Part shown: in pieces, positions 44,501-59,100 of the stretch
Numbering within the stretch: the stretch's first letter is position 1
Layout: the number at the start of each line of letters is the position of its first letter
From: a virus
IMG/VR virus record: IMGVR_UViG_3300021963_000100
Span: 7,719 to 71,718 of that record
Length of the DNA: 64,000 nucleotides
Direction: 5' to 3' (one strand)
Position numbers and translations under genes: made by a program
The notes under the pieces: model-generated
The model's input: only the letters and a program-made list of their open reading frames with translations
Database searches by the model: none
Told to the model about the DNA's origin: nothing

Positions 44501-47500
44501 TTCAGGAACATACGGAACAAGTGGTGAAGACGGAACAAGTGGTACATCTGGTACTAGTGGTGAAAGTGGAACAAGTGGAACTTATGGTACTTCAGGTGAA
44601 GACGGAACTACGGGTACATCTGGAACATCAGGTGAAAGTGGAACTTCTGGTACTTATGGGACATCTGGTGAAGATGGTACAACAGGAACATCTGGTACTA
44701 GTGGTGAAAGTGGAACTACAGGTACGTCTGGAACATCTGGTGAAAGTGGAACTTCTGGTACTTATGGGACATCTGGTGAAGACGGAACCACGGGTACATC
44801 GGGTACAAGTGGTGAGTCTGGCACATCAGGAACATACGGAACAAGTGGTGAAGACGGAACAACTGGAACAAGTGGAACAAGTGGTGAGTCTGGAACTTCA
44901 GGTACTTATGGTACTTCTGGTGAAGACGGTACAACTGGTACGTCAGGTACTTCGGGAGAATCTGGGACTTCAGGTACAAATGGTATTAGTGGTGTAAATG
45001 GTGTTTCTGGAACTTCAGGTGAGTCTGGAACGAGTGGATCAAATGGAACAGCTGGAACTTCAGGTGAAGACGGTTCTACGGGAACGTCTGGAACAAGTGG
45101 TGAGTCTGGTACATCGGGAACATACGGAACTTCAGGTGAAGATGGTACAACTGGTACGTCAGGAACATCAGGTGAATCTGGAACTAGTGGTACTTATGGA
45201 ACATCTGGGGAAGATGGTACGACTGGAACAAGTGGGACTTCAGGTGAGTCAGGAACTTCGGGAACATACGGAACTTCAGGTGAAGACGGTACAACTGGTA
45301 CGTCAGGAACTTCAGGTGAATCTGGGACTTCAGGAACAGCTGGAACATCGGGAGAAGATGGTACAACTGGTACATCGGGTACTAGTGGAGAATCTGGGAC
45401 TTCAGGAACATACGGAACAAGTGGTGAAGATGGTACAACTGGTACGTCTGGAACCTCAGGAGAATCTGGAACTTCTGGTACTTATGGAACATCTGGTGAA
45501 GACGGAACCACGGGAACATCGGGTACAAGTGGTGAATCTGGTTCTACTGGAACAGCTGGAACTTCAGGTGAAGATGGAACATCGGGTACTTCAGGAACAA
45601 GTGGAACAAGTGGATTAAATGGTATAAATGGTATTGATGGTACTTCTGGTATCTCTGGTACTTCTGGTTCAAGTGGGTCAAACGGAACCGCTGGAACAAG
45701 TGGGGAAGATGGTACATCTGGAACATCAGGTACGTCTGGTGAAAGTGGTACAACTGGAACAAGTGGAACTTCAGGTGAAGATGGTACAACAGGAACATCT
45801 GGAACTTCGGGAGAATCTGGTTCTACTGGAACATCTGGAACTTCTGGTGAAGATGGAACCACAGGAACAAGTGGTACATCTGGTGAAAGTGGTACTACTG
45901 GAACAGCTGGGACTTCAGGTGAAGATGGTACGACTGGAACAAGTGGAACTTCAGGTGAAAGTGGAACAAGTGGAACTTATGGTACTTCAGGTGAAGATGG
46001 AACCACGGGTACATCGGGTACCTCAGGTGAGTCTGGTACTTCAGGAACATACGGAACAAGTGGTGAGGATGGTACAACTGGAACAAGTGGAACAAGTGGC
46101 GAGTCTGGTACAACTGGAACAAGTGGAACAAGTGGCGAGTCTGGTAGTACAGGAACAGCTGGAACTTCAGGAGAAGATGGAACCACGGGTACATCGGGTA
46201 CTAGTGGCGAATCTGGAACTTCTGGTACCTATGGAACATCAGGTGAGGATGGTACAACTGGAACAAGTGGTACTTCGGGAGAATCTGGCACATCAGGAAC
46301 ATACGGAACAAGTGGTGAAGACGGTACAACAGGTACGTCTGGAACATCTGGTGAATCTGGTACGAGTGGTACAAATGGTATTAGTGGTGTAAATGGTGTT
46401 TCTGGTACTTCGGGAGAATCTGGAACAAGTGGATCAAATGGAACATCGGGTACTAGTGGTGAGTCTGGTAGTACAGGAACAGCTGGAACTTCAGGTGAAA
46501 GTGGTACAACAGGTACGGCTGGTACAAGTGGTGAGTCTGGAACAAGTGGTACCTATGGAACATCAGGTGAGGACGGTACAACTGGAACAAGTGGGACTTC
46601 AGGTGAGTCAGGAACTTCGGGAACATACGGAACTTCAGGTGAAGACGGTACAACTGGAACAAGTGGAACAAGTGGCGAATCTGGAACCACAGGTACATCT
46701 GGTACTAGTGGTGAGTCTGGAACAAGTGGTACTTATGGTACTTCAGGAGAAGATGGTACAACTGGTACATCGGGTACTAGTGGTGAGTCTGGTAGTACAG
46801 GAACAGCTGGAACTTCAGGTGAAAGTGGTACAACTGGAACAAATGGTACTTCGGGAGAATCTGGAACAAGTGGTACTTCAGGAACATCAGGTGAATCTGG
46901 TACTTCAGGAACATACGGAACATCAGGTGAGGATGGAACCACAGGAACAAGTGGAACAAGTGGTGAGTCTGGCACTTCAGGAACATACGGAACATCAGGA
47001 GAAGATGGAACCACAGGAACAAGTGGAACTTCGGGAGAATCTGGAACTAGTGGTACTTATGGTACTTCAGGAGAAGATGGTACAACTGGTACATCTGGAA
47101 CATCTGGTGAATCAGGAACCACAGGAACAAGTGGAACTAGTGGCGAGTCTGGAACATCTGGAACATACGGAACTTCAGGTGAAGATGGTACAACTGGTAC
47201 GTCAGGAACTTCGGGTGAGTCTGGAACAAGTGGAACATACGGAACAAGCGGTGAGGATGGTACAACTGGTACGTCTGGAACCTCAGGTGAGTCTGGAACA
47301 AGTGGTACTTATGGTACTTCTGGTGAGTCAGGAACTACGGGTACATCGGGAACAAGTGGTGAAAGCGGAACTTCTGGTTCTGCTGGAACATCTGGTGAGG
47401 ATGGTACTTCTGGTACTTCTGGAACTAGTGGTACTAGTGGTACTTATGGTACTTCAGGTGAAGACGGTACTTCTGGAACATCAGGTACATCTGGTGAAAG

Positions 47501-50500
47501 TGGAACTTCTGGTACTTACGGTACTTCGGGAGAAGACGGAACCACGGGTACATCTGGAACATCAGGTGAATCTGGAACTTCAGGAACATACGGAACAAGC
47601 GGTGAAGATGGAACGTCTGGAACGTCTGGAACGTCTGGAACAAGTGGTGAGTCTGGTACTTCAGGAACAAGTGGGACAAACGGAACTTCAGGCTCTGCTG
47701 GTACATCTGGAACAAATGGTACTTCTGGAACAAGTGGTACATCGGGGTCAAACGGAACTTCAGGCTCTGCTGGTACATCTGGAACAAATGGTACTTCTGG
47801 TTCTGCTGGAACATCTGGAACAAACGGAACTTCTGGTTCTGCTGGAACAAGTGGAACAAATGGTACTTCTGGTATCTCAAGTACATCGGGATCTAACGGA
47901 ACATCGGGTTCTGCGGGAACTTCTGGTACGTCTGGTACATCTGGTTTATCAAGAACGTCTGGTACATCTGGTACATCGGGTACTTCTGGTACTTCTGGTG
48001 TTGATGGTGCGGATGGTATTTCTGGTATTTCTGGTACGGGTGGTACGTCAGGTACAACTGGTGCTAACGGAACTTCAGGTTCTGCTGGGACATCAGGAAC
48101 ATCAGGTACAAATGGAACTAGCGGTGTAAGCTCGACCTCTGGAACTTCTGGTTCTGCTGGAACTAGTGGGTCAGCTGGTACAAATGGTACAAATGGTACT
48201 TCTGGTATAAGCTCAACTTCAGGTACATCTGGTTCTGCTGGTACTTCAGGAACAAATGGAACAAGTGGTTTATCGAATACATCAGGATCTAGTGGTACAG
48301 CGGGAACATCGGGTGTTTCAAGTACGTCTGGAACTTCTGGTTCTGCGGGAACATCGGGTAGTGCGGGAACAAGTGGTGAAAGCTCAACTTCAGGTACATC
48401 AGGTTCTGCGGGAACTTCTGGAACAAATGGAACAAGTGGGGCGTCATCAACTTCAGGTTCTGCGGGAACTTCTGGTTCTGCGGGTACTTCAGGTACAGCT
48501 GGAACAAGTGGGATATCTAATACATCTGGTACATCTGGTTCTGCTGGTACTTCAGGTACAGCTGGAACAAGTGGTTTATCTAATACATCAGGTTCAAATG
48601 GTACATCAGGTTCAGCTGGGACATCTGGAACAAATGGAACAAGTGGGGTATCTACAACTAGCGGTTCTGCGGGGACATCAGGTTCCGCTGGAACATCAGG
48701 AACTGCTGGAACAAGTGGTTTATCGAATACATCAGGAACAAGTGGTTCTGCGGGAACTTCTGGTACTAATGGTACATCTGGTTTATCATCAACATCAGGA
48801 ACAAGTGGTACTTCAGGTACGTCAGGAACAAGTGGTAATTCAGGAACATCGGGTTCGAGTGGATCTAATGGTACTGCGGGAACTTCAGGTATTTCATCGA
48901 CTTCAGGAACATCTGGTTCCGCTGGAACAAGTGGAACAAATGGTACTTCAGGTATAAGCTCAACTTCAGGTACATCTGGTTCTGCGGGAACATCGGGTAC
49001 ATCTGGTACTAACGGTACTTCTGGTATTTCATCAACTTCAGGAACATCAGGAACAGCAGGTACATCGGGAATAAGTGCGACTTCAGGTACATCTGGTTCT
49101 GCTGGTACTTCAGGAACAAATGGAACAAGTGGTATTTCGTCAACCTCTGGTACGTCAGGATCTGCGGGAACGTCAGGAACAAATGGTACATCTGGTATTT
49201 CTTCAACAAGTGGATCTAATGGCACATCTGGTTCTGCTGGTACTTCGGGAACTGCGGGAACAAGTGGAATATCTAATACATCTGGAACAAGTGGTACAGC
49301 GGGAACATCGGGTACAAATGGAACTAGCGGGATATCTAACACATCGGGAACTAGCGGGTCAGCTGGAACATCTGGTACAAATGGAACAAGTGGTGTTTCT
49401 AACACATCAGGTACATCTGGCACATCGGGAACAAGTGGTAATTCAGGAACATCAGGTTCAAGTGGATCTAATGGTACTGCGGGAACATCGGGTATTTCAT
49501 TAACTTCGGGTTCTGCGGGAACTTCTGGTTCTGCGGGAACATCTGGAACAAATGGAACATCTGGTATATCTTCAACATCAGGAACTAGTGGTTCTGCGGG
49601 AACATCGGGTACGTCTGGTACTAACGGTACTTCAGGTATTTCATCGACTTCAGGAACATCAGGTTCTGCTGGTACGTCTGGTACTACAGGTACAGCGGGT
49701 ACTTCGGGAATTTCTTCAACATCAGGGACATCTGGTTCTGCGGGAACGTCAGGTACAAATGGAACATCTGGTATATCTTCAACATCAGGAACTAGTGGGT
49801 CAGCTGGAACGTCAGGAACATCTGGAACAAGTGGTAATTCAGGAACGTCAGGCTCTAATGGTACATCAGGTTCTGCTGGTACGTCTGGTACATCGGGAAC
49901 AAGTGGATCAGCTGGTACATCGGGAACAAATGGTACGTCTGGTGTTTCGTCAACTTCAGGTACATCTGGTTCTGTTGGAACTTCAGGTACAAACGGAACA
50001 AGTGGTGCATCATCAACTTCTGGATCATCAGGTACTTCAGGTACTTCTGGTACTTCAGGTATAAACGGTATTAGTGGTATAAACGGAACAAATGGTACTT
50101 CGGGTACATCTGGTACAAGTGGTAATTCGGGAACATCGGGTTCGAGTGGATCTAATGGTACCGCTGGAACTTCGGGATTGAGTTCGACTTCAGGAACATC
50201 TGGTTCTGCTGGTACATCAGGTACTACAGGTACAGCGGGTACTTCGGGAATTTCTTCAACATCAGGAACAAGTGGATCAGCTGGTACATCTGGTACTCAT
50301 GGAACTTCTGGTACTTCCTCAACTTCAGGTTCTGCTGGCACATCGGGTACTGCTGGAACAAGTGGAATATCTTCAACATCAGGAACTAGTGGTTCTGCGG
50401 GAACTGCTGGTACATCTGGTACTGCTGGAACAAGTGGATTAAGTTCGACTTCAGGTACATCTGGTTCTGCTGGAACTTCTGGAACAAACGGAACAAGTGG

Positions 50501-53114
50501 TACATCATCAACTTCTGGAACATCTGGAACAAGTGGTACATCTGGAACAAGTGGTATAAATGGTATCAGTGGTATAAACGGAACAAATGGTACTTCAGGT
50601 ACGTCAGGAACAAGTGGTAATTCGGGAACTTCAGGTTCTGCTGGTACTAACGGAACTGCGGGTACGTCTGGTTTATCATCAACTTCAGGTACATCTGGTT
50701 CTGCGGGAACAAGTGGTACAGCTGGAACTTCTGGAACAAATGGTACATCAGGAATATCTTCAACTTCGGGAACATCGGGTTCTGCGGGAACATCGGGAAC
50801 GCATGGAACTTCAGGTTCATCATCAACTTCAGGTTCTGCTGGTACTTCTGGTACCGCTGGAACTTCAGGTATAAGCTCAACTTCAGGAACATCAGGTTCT
50901 GCTGGTACGTCAGGTACAGCTGGAACTTCAGGTTCATCATCAACATCTGGTTCTGCGGGAACTTCAGGTACTGCGGGAACATCTGGAGCATCTTCAACTT
51001 CTGGATCATCTGGAACAAGCGGTACTTCGGGAACATCAGGTATAAATGGTATTAGTGGTATAAATGGAACAAATGGTACTTCGGGTACATCTGGTACAAG
51101 TGGTGCAACTGGAACATCTGGTTCTTCGGGAACAAATGGTACTGCGGGAACCTCAGGGTTGAGTTCAACTTCAGGAACATCAGGTTCTGCTGGTACATCT
51201 GGTACTACAGGTACTGCGGGAACCTCAGGGTTGAGTTCGACTTCAGGAACATCAGGTTCTGCTGGTACATCTGGTACTCATGGAACTTCTGGCGCTTCTT
51301 CAACTTCAGGTACATCTGGTTCTGCGGGAACAAGTGGTACTGCGGGAACATCTGGTATCTCAGGTACATCTGGATCAGCGGGAACTTCTGGTTCTGCGGG
51401 AACATCTGGTATCTCAGGTACTGCTGGAACATCAGGTACATCAGGTTCTGCTGGAACTAACGGAACTGCTGGTACGTCTGGTATCTCATTGACTTCAGGT
51501 ACATCTGGAACAAGTGGTACTTCAGGTACTTCTGGTACTTCAGGTATAAACGGTATCAGTGGTATAAACGGAACAAATGGTACTTCGGGTACATCTGGTA
51601 CAAGTGGTGCAACTGGAACATCTGGTTCTTCGGGAACAAATGGTACTGCGGGAACTAGTGGTATATCATCAACTTCAGGAACAAGTGGATCATCTGGCAC
51701 TTCAGGTACTACAGGTACTGCGGGTACGTCTGGTATATCTTCAACTTCTGGAACTTCAGGTTCTGCTGGTACATCTGGTACTCATGGAACTTCTGGTACT
51801 TCTTCAACTTCAGGAACAAGTGGATCAGCTGGGACTTCTGGTACTCATGGAACTTCTGGTACTTCTTCAACTTCAGGAACAAGTGGATCAGCTGGGACTT
51901 CTGGTATCTCAGGTACTGCTGGAACATCAGGTACATCAGGTTCTGCTGGTACTAACGGAACAAATGGTACATCAGGAATATCTTCAACTTCGGGAACAAG
52001 TGGAACAAGTGGAACATCTGGTACAAGTGGTATAAACGGTATTAGTGGTATAAACGGAACAAATGGAACTAGTGGAACATCAGGAACAAGTGGTGCGACA
52101 GGTACATCTGGTTCATCTGGTACTAATGGTACTGCTGGTACTTCTGGTACCGCTGGAACTTCAGGTATAAGCTCAACTTCAGGTACATCTGGTTCTGCTG
52201 GTACATCGGGTACTACAGGTACAGCGGGTACTTCTGGTATATCTTCAACTTCGGGAACATCTGGTTCTGCGGGAACAAGTGGAACACATGGTACATCTGG
52301 CACTTCTTCAACATCAGGAACATCTGGCACTTCAGGTACTTCTGGTACTTCAGGTATAAACGGTATTAGTGGTATAAACGGAACAAATGGTACTTCAGGT
52401 ACGTCAGGAACAAGTGGTGCGACTGGTACTTCTGGAACATCTGGTAGAAATGGTACCTCAGGTACAACTGGTACTGCGGGTACATCTGGTAACACTGGAT
52501 CAAACGGTGTTGGTGGTGGTTCTGGTTCTTCGGGTACATCTGGTACTGCTGGTACGTCTGGAATATCTGGTAATGTTGGTACATCTGGTACGTATGTTAA
52601 CGTTACCACAACAGCACCAATTCAAGGTGGTGGTTCTTTAGGTGGTGATATAAACATTAGTTTGGATATTAATGGTACAACTCAAAATGGTTTGGTTGTT
52701 TGGGATAACGCAAATAATGAGTTAGACGTATTAACTGATTTCCTATACAATTCTACACTTAAAGGTTTACATTTAGGTTTAGATGCTGTGATGTTATCTG
52801 GTAATGATCAAAGTGTATCAAATGGTAATTTTGTTGTACAAGCATGGCCAACACCACCTGTTAGAGGTATGTTTGTTGATTATACTGTATTTAACCAAAA
52901 CACAAACGGTTTTAGAGCTGGTACGTTTAGATCTGTCAATGATCAAACTCCTGGTGGTGTTGTTTGGGATGATACATCAACTACCGATTTGAATGGTGCA
53001 ACAGGTGGATTTAGATTTATGACTAATGTTGTGGGTGGTAACTTCCAATTAATAGCGGTTGCCGATAATGACAGATACGACATTTCATATTCAATAAAAT
53101 TAATCCTAAAATAA
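41556..53114 (+). CDS. giant Gly-Thr-Ser triplet-repeat (collagen-like/PGII) fibre protein with C1q/TNF-like domain
   Basis: 3852 aa; N-terminal [10 protein letters not shown] and LDDLTDV motifs; YGSF...[16 protein letters not shown] beta domain; about 3300 aa of G-X-Y; late motif at 41526. Confidence 0.85.
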   Translation: MAVIYLRHVLQRPLTFGELDANFENLNNAIQNLGLDDLTDVVISTGVTTGDFLVFDGTNWVNKHLSPAVTPEYIVTYDPATGDFTYTQINPGATISSTPPTGLTAGALWFNDADGILYILYDGVNWIPATSVLNGTSGTSGIAGTSGIDGTSGTSGESGTSGTAGESGTSGSSGESGTSGSSGENGTSGTSGTSASGANYYGSFSDSTTQVVSGANTPTVVTYDTTEISNEINVVAGSQITFVNTGVYEVGYSAQIEKTQGGAQADVDIWLRKNGTDIIRTDSILGLVSNSVKNLPFVSIISEFNAGDYIEILFASSSNHVQLTAVPAQATPYPHPAAPSIIVVAKQIGMMLQGDSGYSGTNGTSGTAGTSGTSGTAGTSGESGTYGTSGEDGTSGTSGTSGESGTSGTSGEDGTTGTSGTSGESGTSGTSGEDGTTGTSGTSGESGSTGTAGTSGEDGSTGTSGTSGESGTSGTYGTSGEDGTTGTSGTSGESGTSGTYGTSGEDGTSGTSGTSGTSGLNGINGIDGTSGISGTSGSSGSNGTAGTSGEDGTTGTSGTSGESGTTGTAGTSGEDGTTGTAGTSGESGTSGTSGTSGEDGTTGTSGTSGESGTSGTYGTSGEDGTSGTSGTSGESGTSGTYGTSGEDGTTGTSGTSGESGTSGTSGTSGEDGTTGTSGTSGESGTTGTNGTSGEDGTTGTSGTSGESGTSGTYGTSGEDGTTGTSGTSGESGTSGTNGISGVNGVSGTSGESGTSGTAGTNGTSGEDGTSGTSGTSGESGTSGTYGTSGEDGTTGTSGTSGESGSTGTSGTSGEDGTTGTSGTSGESGTSGTYGTSGEDGTTGTSGTSGESGTTGTSGTSGESGTSGTYGTSGEDGTTGTSGTSGESGSTGTSGTSGEDGTTGTSGTSGESGSTGTAGTSGEDGTSGTSGTSGTSGLNGINGIDGTSGISGTSGSSGSNGTSGTSGEDGTSGTSGTSGESGTSGTYGTSGEDGTSGTSGTSGESGTSGTYGTSGEDGTTGTSGTSGESGTSGTYGTSGEDGTTGTSGTSGESGTTGTSGTSGESGTSGTYGTSGEDGTTGTSGTSGESGTSGTYGTSGEDGTTGTSGTSGESGTSGTYGTSGEDGTTGTSGTSGESGTSGTNGISGVNGVSGTSGESGTSGSNGTAGTSGEDGSTGTSGTSGESGTSGTYGTSGEDGTTGTSGTSGESGTSGTYGTSGEDGTTGTSGTSGESGTSGTYGTSGEDGTTGTSGTSGESGTSGTAGTSGEDGTTGTSGTSGESGTSGTYGTSGEDGTTGTSGTSGESGTSGTYGTSGEDGTTGTSGTSGESGSTGTAGTSGEDGTSGTSGTSGTSGLNGINGIDGTSGISGTSGSSGSNGTAGTSGEDGTSGTSGTSGESGTTGTSGTSGEDGTTGTSGTSGESGSTGTSGTSGEDGTTGTSGTSGESGTTGTAGTSGEDGTTGTSGTSGESGTSGTYGTSGEDGTTGTSGTSGESGTSGTYGTSGEDGTTGTSGTSGESGTTGTSGTSGESGSTGTAGTSGEDGTTGTSGTSGESGTSGTYGTSGEDGTTGTSGTSGESGTSGTYGTSGEDGTTGTSGTSGESGTSGTNGISGVNGVSGTSGESGTSGSNGTSGTSGESGSTGTAGTSGESGTTGTAGTSGESGTSGTYGTSGEDGTTGTSGTSGESGTSGTYGTSGEDGTTGTSGTSGESGTTGTSGTSGESGTSGTYGTSGEDGTTGTSGTSGESGSTGTAGTSGESGTTGTNGTSGESGTSGTSGTSGESGTSGTYGTSGEDGTTGTSGTSGESGTSGTYGTSGEDGTTGTSGTSGESGTSGTYGTSGEDGTTGTSGTSGESGTTGTSGTSGESGTSGTYGTSGEDGTTGTSGTSGESGTSGTYGTSGEDGTTGTSGTSGESGTSGTYGTSGESGTTGTSGTSGESGTSGSAGTSGEDGTSGTSGTSGTSGTYGTSGEDGTSGTSGTSGESGTSGTYGTSGEDGTTGTSGTSGESGTSGTYGTSGEDGTSGTSGTSGTSGESGTSGTSGTNGTSGSAGTSGTNGTSGTSGTSGSNGTSGSAGTSGTNGTSGSAGTSGTNGTSGSAGTSGTNGTSGISSTSGSNGTSGSAGTSGTSGTSGLSRTSGTSGTSGTSGTSGVDGADGISGISGTGGTSGTTGANGTSGSAGTSGTSGTNGTSGVSSTSGTSGSAGTSGSAGTNGTNGTSGISSTSGTSGSAGTSGTNGTSGLSNTSGSSGTAGTSGVSSTSGTSGSAGTSGSAGTSGESSTSGTSGSAGTSGTNGTSGASSTSGSAGTSGSAGTSGTAGTSGISNTSGTSGSAGTSGTAGTSGLSNTSGSNGTSGSAGTSGTNGTSGVSTTSGSAGTSGSAGTSGTAGTSGLSNTSGTSGSAGTSGTNGTSGLSSTSGTSGTSGTSGTSGNSGTSGSSGSNGTAGTSGISSTSGTSGSAGTSGTNGTSGISSTSGTSGSAGTSGTSGTNGTSGISSTSGTSGTAGTSGISATSGTSGSAGTSGTNGTSGISSTSGTSGSAGTSGTNGTSGISSTSGSNGTSGSAGTSGTAGTSGISNTSGTSGTAGTSGTNGTSGISNTSGTSGSAGTSGTNGTSGVSNTSGTSGTSGTSGNSGTSGSSGSNGTAGTSGISLTSGSAGTSGSAGTSGTNGTSGISSTSGTSGSAGTSGTSGTNGTSGISSTSGTSGSAGTSGTTGTAGTSGISSTSGTSGSAGTSGTNGTSGISSTSGTSGSAGTSGTSGTSGNSGTSGSNGTSGSAGTSGTSGTSGSAGTSGTNGTSGVSSTSGTSGSVGTSGTNGTSGASSTSGSSGTSGTSGTSGINGISGINGTNGTSGTSGTSGNSGTSGSSGSNGTAGTSGLSSTSGTSGSAGTSGTTGTAGTSGISSTSGTSGSAGTSGTHGTSGTSSTSGSAGTSGTAGTSGISSTSGTSGSAGTAGTSGTAGTSGLSSTSGTSGSAGTSGTNGTSGTSSTSGTSGTSGTSGTSGINGISGINGTNGTSGTSGTSGNSGTSGSAGTNGTAGTSGLSSTSGTSGSAGTSGTAGTSGTNGTSGISSTSGTSGSAGTSGTHGTSGSSSTSGSAGTSGTAGTSGISSTSGTSGSAGTSGTAGTSGSSSTSGSAGTSGTAGTSGASSTSGSSGTSGTSGTSGINGISGINGTNGTSGTSGTSGATGTSGSSGTNGTAGTSGLSSTSGTSGSAGTSGTTGTAGTSGLSSTSGTSGSAGTSGTHGTSGASSTSGTSGSAGTSGTAGTSGISGTSGSAGTSGSAGTSGISGTAGTSGTSGSAGTNGTAGTSGISLTSGTSGTSGTSGTSGTSGINGISGINGTNGTSGTSGTSGATGTSGSSGTNGTAGTSGISSTSGTSGSSGTSGTTGTAGTSGISSTSGTSGSAGTSGTHGTSGTSSTSGTSGSAGTSGTHGTSGTSSTSGTSGSAGTSGISGTAGTSGTSGSAGTNGTNGTSGISSTSGTSGTSGTSGTSGINGISGINGTNGTSGTSGTSGATGTSGSSGTNGTAGTSGTAGTSGISSTSGTSGSAGTSGTTGTAGTSGISSTSGTSGSAGTSGTHGTSGTSSTSGTSGTSGTSGTSGINGISGINGTNGTSGTSGTSGATGTSGTSGRNGTSGTTGTAGTSGNTGSNGVGGGSGSSGTSGTAGTSGISGNVGTSGTYVNVTTTAPIQGGGSLGGDINISLDINGTTQNGLVVWDNANNELDVLTDFLYNSTLKGLHLGLDAVMLSGNDQSVSNGNFVVQAWPTPPVRGMFVDYTVFNQNTNGFRAGTFRSVNDQTPGGVVWDDTSTTDLNGATGGFRFMTNVVGGNFQLIAVADNDRYDISYSIKLILK
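42616..52590 (+). repeat. 9-bp-period coding repeat (G-T-S and variants)
   Basis: GGN ACN TCN/AGT triplets with synonymous variation. Confidence 0.97.
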
Positions 53115-53185
53115 TCGCAATTTACTTTAACAAAGCAGTAGTTAAAAGTATTTATATATACTAAGGAAAAGAGACATAAACTAAC

Positions 53186-56100
53186 ATGGCAAACGAACAT
53201 ATTTTACGACATGGGCTAACAGTATCGGGTGATACTGTTGTCGTTGGAACATTTAAAATTGATGGTGTGGCAAGCACCACAGGTAAAGGTAAATTTTTGG
53301 TCGTAGATGATAGTGGTAATGTCTCTTATCAACTTGGTACAACTTCAGGTTCAGCTGGTTCATCTGGAACTTCTGGTTCTGTTGGAACTTCTGGTACTAG
53401 TGGTGAATCGGGAACAGCTGGAACTTCTGGAACAAATTCAACTTCTGGAACAAGTGGTAGGTCTAATACATCTGGTACGTCAGGTACTGCTGGTACTAGT
53501 GGGGAATCGGGAACTAATGGTACTGCTGGTACAACTGGTACTGCTGGTACGTCAGGTAAAGATGGTGTATCTGGTACATCAGGTACATCGGGTACTTCTG
53601 GTACTTCTGGTAGATCGGGTGAGTCTGGTTCTGCTGGTACGTCTGGTTCTGCTGGTACGTCAGGTACTAATGGGACATCTGGTTTATCATCAACCTCTGG
53701 TTCTGCTGGTACTTCTGGTACCGCTGGTACGTCAGGTAAAGATGGTGTATCAGGTACATCAGGTACATCAGGTTCTGCGGGAACTTCTGGAACAAACGGA
53801 ACTTCTGGTTTATCTTCGACTTCAGGAACATCAGGATCTGCGGGAACAAGTGGAACAAATGGTACTAGTGGTATAGCTGGTACTTCTGGTTCTAACGGAA
53901 CAAGTGGTTCTGCTGGAACATCTGGAACAAACGGAACATCAGGAATATCATCAACTAGTGGATCAAATGGAACTTCTGGTTCGGCTGGTACTTCTGGAAC
54001 GAATGGAACTTCTGGTACTTCTTCAACTTCTGGTTCAAACGGAACAAGTGGTTCGGCTGGTACTTCTGGAACAAGTGGTGTTGCTGGAACCTCTGGTTTA
54101 TCTAATACATCAGGAACTAGTGGGTCAAATGGTACTTCGGGAACAAATGGTACATCAGGAATATCATCAACTAGTGGATCAAATGGAACTTCTGGTTCTG
54201 CTGGTACTTCTGGTACCGCTGGAACTTCAGGTATAAGCTCAACTTCAGGAACATCAGGTTCTGCGGGAACTTCTGGAACAAATGGTACATCAGGAGTATC
54301 TTCAACATCAGGTTCTGCGGGAACTTCTGGTTCATCTGGAACAAATGGTACATCTGGTTTATCATCAACTTCGGGTACATCAGGATCTGCGGGAACATCT
54401 GGAACAAATGGTACTTCGGGTAATTCATCAACTTCTGGTTCTGCGGGAACAAGTGGAACAAATGGTACTTCGGGTATTTCAAGTACATCAGGGTCTAATG
54501 GTACTTCTGGTTCTGCGGGAACAAGTGGAACAAATGGTACTAGTGGTATAGCTGGTACTTCAGGTACATCGGGTTCAAATGGAACATCAGGTTCTGCGGG
54601 AACGTCTGGAACAAATGGAACAAGTGGGGTATCTTCAACATCAGGTTCAAATGGTACATCTGGTTCTGCTGGTACTTCTGGAACAAATGGAACTAGCGGT
54701 GTAAGCTCGACCTCTGGAACATCTGGTTCTGCTGGTACTTCTGGAACAAATGGAACATCAGGTGTATCCTCAACTTCAGGTACATCAGGATCTGCGGGAA
54801 CGTCAGGTACTCATGGAACATCAGGATTAAGTTCAACTTCGGGTACATCAGGATCTGCGGGAACGTCAGGTACTCATGGTACTTCAGGAATAAGTTCAAC
54901 TTCAGGATCTAATGGTACATCAGGTTCTGCGGGAACTTCTGGAACAAATGGAACAAGTGGGGTATCTAACACATCTGGAACTTCTGGTTCTGCTGGTACT
55001 TCAGGTACAGCGGGTACATCTGGTATATCTTCAACATCGGGATCAAATGGAACTTCAGGTTCTGCTGGTACTTCTGGTACAAATGGTACTAGTGGTATAG
55101 CTGGTACTTCAGGTTTATCTAATACATCAGGAACTTCGGGATCAGCGGGAACAAGTGGAACAAATGGTACTTCAGGTTTATCTAATACATCAGGAACATC
55201 AGGTTCTGCTGGAACAAGTGGAACAAATGGTACTTCAGGAATAAGTTCAACAAGTGGATCAGCTGGAACATCGGGTTCTGCGGGAACTTCAGGAACAAAC
55301 GGTACTTCTGGTGTTGCTGGAACTAGCGGGATATCTAATACATCTGGAACTTCGGGATCAGCGGGAACAAGTGGAACAAATGGTACTTCAGGTTTATCTA
55401 ATACATCAGGAACATCAGGTTCTGCTGGAACAAGTGGTACGCATGGAACTTCAGGATTAAGTTCGACTTCAGGATCTAATGGAACATCGGGTAGTGCTGG
55501 TACTTCAGGTACAAACGGAACAAGTGGTATAGCTGGTACTTCAGGTTTGTCTAATACATCAGGAACATCAGGATCTGCGGGAACATCTGGAACAAATGGT
55601 ACATCAGGAATAAGTTCAACTTCAGGTTCAAATGGAACATCAGGTTCTGCTGGAACAAGTGGAACAAATGGAACTTCAGGAATCTCATCAACTTCTGGTT
55701 CAAATGGAACTAGTGGATCAGCGGGTACTTCAGGAACAAACGGAACTTCAGGTGTAGCTGGAACAAGTGGAGTATCAAATACATCAGGAACATCTGGTTC
55801 TGCTGGTACTTCTGGTTCAAATGGAACTTCTGGTGTTGCTGGAACAAGTGGAGTATCAAATACATCAGGAACATCTGGTTCTGCTGGTACTTCTGGTACC
55901 GCTGGAACATCAGGATTAAGTTCAACTTCAGGTACATCTGGTTCAAATGGTACAAGTGGCTCTGCGGGAACAAGTGGAACAAATGGTACTAGTGGTGTTT
56001 CTTCAACAAGTGGTTCAAACGGAACATCAGGTTCTGCTGGAACTTCAGGAACAAATGGAACTTCTGGTATAGCGGGAACTTCTGGTTTATCTAATACATC

Positions 56101-59100
56101 AGGAACAAGTGGTTCGGCTGGTACTTCTGGAACGAATGGAACTTCTGGTATTGCTGGAACAAGTGGTAATTCAAGTACATCGGGAACATCTGGATCAGCG
56201 GGAACTTCGGGAACACACGGAACAAGTGGTATTTCATCAACAAGTGGATCTAATGGTACTTCTGGTTCAGCGGGAACAAGTGGTACAAATGGTACTTCTG
56301 GTATAGCTGGAACTTCTGGTTTATCTAATACGTCTGGAACTAGCGGATCAGCTGGTACTAATGGTACTTCGGGTATTGCTGGAACTTCGGGTGTTTCAAG
56401 TACGTCTGGAACTAGTGGTTCTGCGGGAACTTCTGGTACAAATGGAACATCTGGGGTATCCTCAACAAGTGGATCTAATGGTACTTCTGGTTCTGCGGGA
56501 ACTTCTGGTACTGTTGGAACAAGTGGAGTATCTTCAACATCAGGTTCAAATGGTACATCGGGTTCTGCTGGTACTTCTGGAACAAATGGAACTAGTGGGG
56601 TATCTAATACATCAGGAACATCAGGATCTGCTGGAACATCTGGAACAAATGGTACTTCGGGTACTTCAGGTAATTCAAGTACATCGGGAACATCTGGATC
56701 GGCAGGAACTTCGGGAACACATGGAACTTCAGGTGTAGCTGGAACAAGTGGTATATCTTCAACTTCAGGAACATCTGGTTCTGCGGGAACATCTGGAACA
56801 AATGGAACTTCTGGTGTTGCTGGAACAAGTGGGGTATCAAATACATCGGGAACTTCAGGTTCTGCTGGTACTTCTGGAACAAATGGAACTTCAGGGGTTT
56901 CTTCAACTTCTGGTTCAAACGGAACATCTGGTTCTGCTGGAACTAGTGGAACAAACGGTACTTCTGGTACTTCTGGTGTAAGCTCAACTTCTGGTTCAAA
57001 CGGAACATCAGGATCTGCGGGAACAAGTGGAACAAACGGAACATCAGGTGTTTCATCAACTTCAGGTTCAAACGGAACATCTGGTTCTGCTGGAACTAGT
57101 GGAACAAACGGTACTTCTGGTATTGCTGGAACTTCTGGTTTATCTAATACGTCTGGTTCATCTGGTACTTCTGGTACAAATGGAACAAGTGGGGTATCTT
57201 CAACAAGTGGTTCAAACGGAACTTCAGGTTCTGCTGGTACTTCTGGAACAAATGGTACATCAGGAGTATCTTCAACAAGTGGGTCAGCTGGGACATCAGG
57301 CTCCGCTGGTACTTCAGGTACTTCAGGCGTTGCTGGAACAAGTGGTAATTCATCAACTTCTGGTAGTGCTGGAACAAGTGGTACAAATGGAACATCAGGA
57401 TTGAGTTCAACATCAGGATCTAATGGAACATCTGGATCAGCTGGTACATCTGGTTCTGCGGGAACAAGTGGTACTGCGGGAACATCTGGTACTAATGGTA
57501 CATCTGGTATCTCAAGCACATCAGGTTCAAATGGAACAAGCGGTTCTGCGGGAACATCTGGTACAAATGGAACAAGTGGTATTGCTGGTACTTCAGGTAT
57601 AAGCTCAACTTCAGGTACATCAGGTTCTGCGGGTACTTCTGGTGTTGCTGGAACTAGCGGGATATCTAATACATCTGGTTCTGCGGGAACATCGGGTACA
57701 AACGGAACAAGTGGTGTTTCTTCAACAAGTGGTTCAAACGGAACATCTGGTTCTGCTGGTACTTCAGGAACAAATGGAACATCAGGTGTTGCTGGAACAA
57801 GTGGTAATTCATCAACTTCAGGAACATCAGGGTCTGCTGGTACTTCTGGAACAAATGGTACTTCTGGTGTTGCTGGAACAAGTGGTAATTCATCAACTTC
57901 AGGGACATCTGGTTCATCTGGAACAAGTGGTACGCATGGAACTTCAGGATTAAGTTCGACTTCAGGATCTAATGGAACATCTGGTTCTGCTGGAACATCT
58001 GGAACAAATGGTACATCAGGAATCTCATCAACATCTGGTTCAAATGGAACATCTGGTTCTGCTGGTACTTCTGGAACAAATGGTACAAGTGGAGTATCTT
58101 CAACAAGTGGTTCAAACGGAACATCTGGTTCCGCTGGTACATCAGGTACAGCTGGAACTTCAGGTGTTGCTGGAACAAGTGGTTTATCTAATACATCTGG
58201 TTCAAATGGGACATCAGGTTCCGCTGGAACATCAGGTACAAATGGTACTTCGGGAATTTCAAGTACTTCAGGTTCAAACGGAACATCTGGTTCTGCGGGA
58301 ACTTCAGGAACATCGGGAACTAATGGTACATCAGGTGTATCTTCAACATCGGGTTCAAATGGAACATCTGGTTCTGCGGGAACTTCAGGAACAAACGGAA
58401 CAAGTGGTATAGCTGGAACTTCTGGTATTTCAAGTACATCTGGAACATCTGGTTCTGCGGGAACAAGTGGAACACATGGTACATCTGGTTTATCATCAAC
58501 TTCAGGAACATCAGGTTCTGCTGGTACTTCTGGAACAAATGGTACATCAGGAATAAGTTCAACTTCGGGTTCTTCTGGTACTTCAGGTTCAGCTGGAACA
58601 AGCGGAACTAATGGTACATCGGGTATAGCTGGAACTTCTGGTATTTCAAGTACATCTGGAACATCGGGTTCTGCGGGAACTTCAGGAACAAATGGAACAA
58701 GTGGTGTTTCTTCAACAAGTGGTTCAAACGGAACATCTGGTTCTGCTGGTACTTCTGGTACAAATGGTACGTCTGGTATAAGTTCAACATCAGGTACGTC
58801 TGGTTCTAATGGTACATCTGGTACAAGTGGTGTTGCAGGAACATCTGGTATCTCATCAACTTCAGGAACAAGTGGTTCTAATGGAACGTCAGGAACAAAT
58901 GGTACATCTGGTATTTCTTCAACAAGTGGTTCAAACGGAACATCTGGTTCTGCTGGTACTTCAGGGACTGCGGGAACAAGTGGTAATTCATCAACTTCAG
59001 GAACTAGTGGGTCAGCTGGTACATCAGGAACACATGGAACTTCTGGTGTTGCTGGAACATCTGGTATCTCATCAACTTCAGGAACAAGTGGTTCTGCTGG

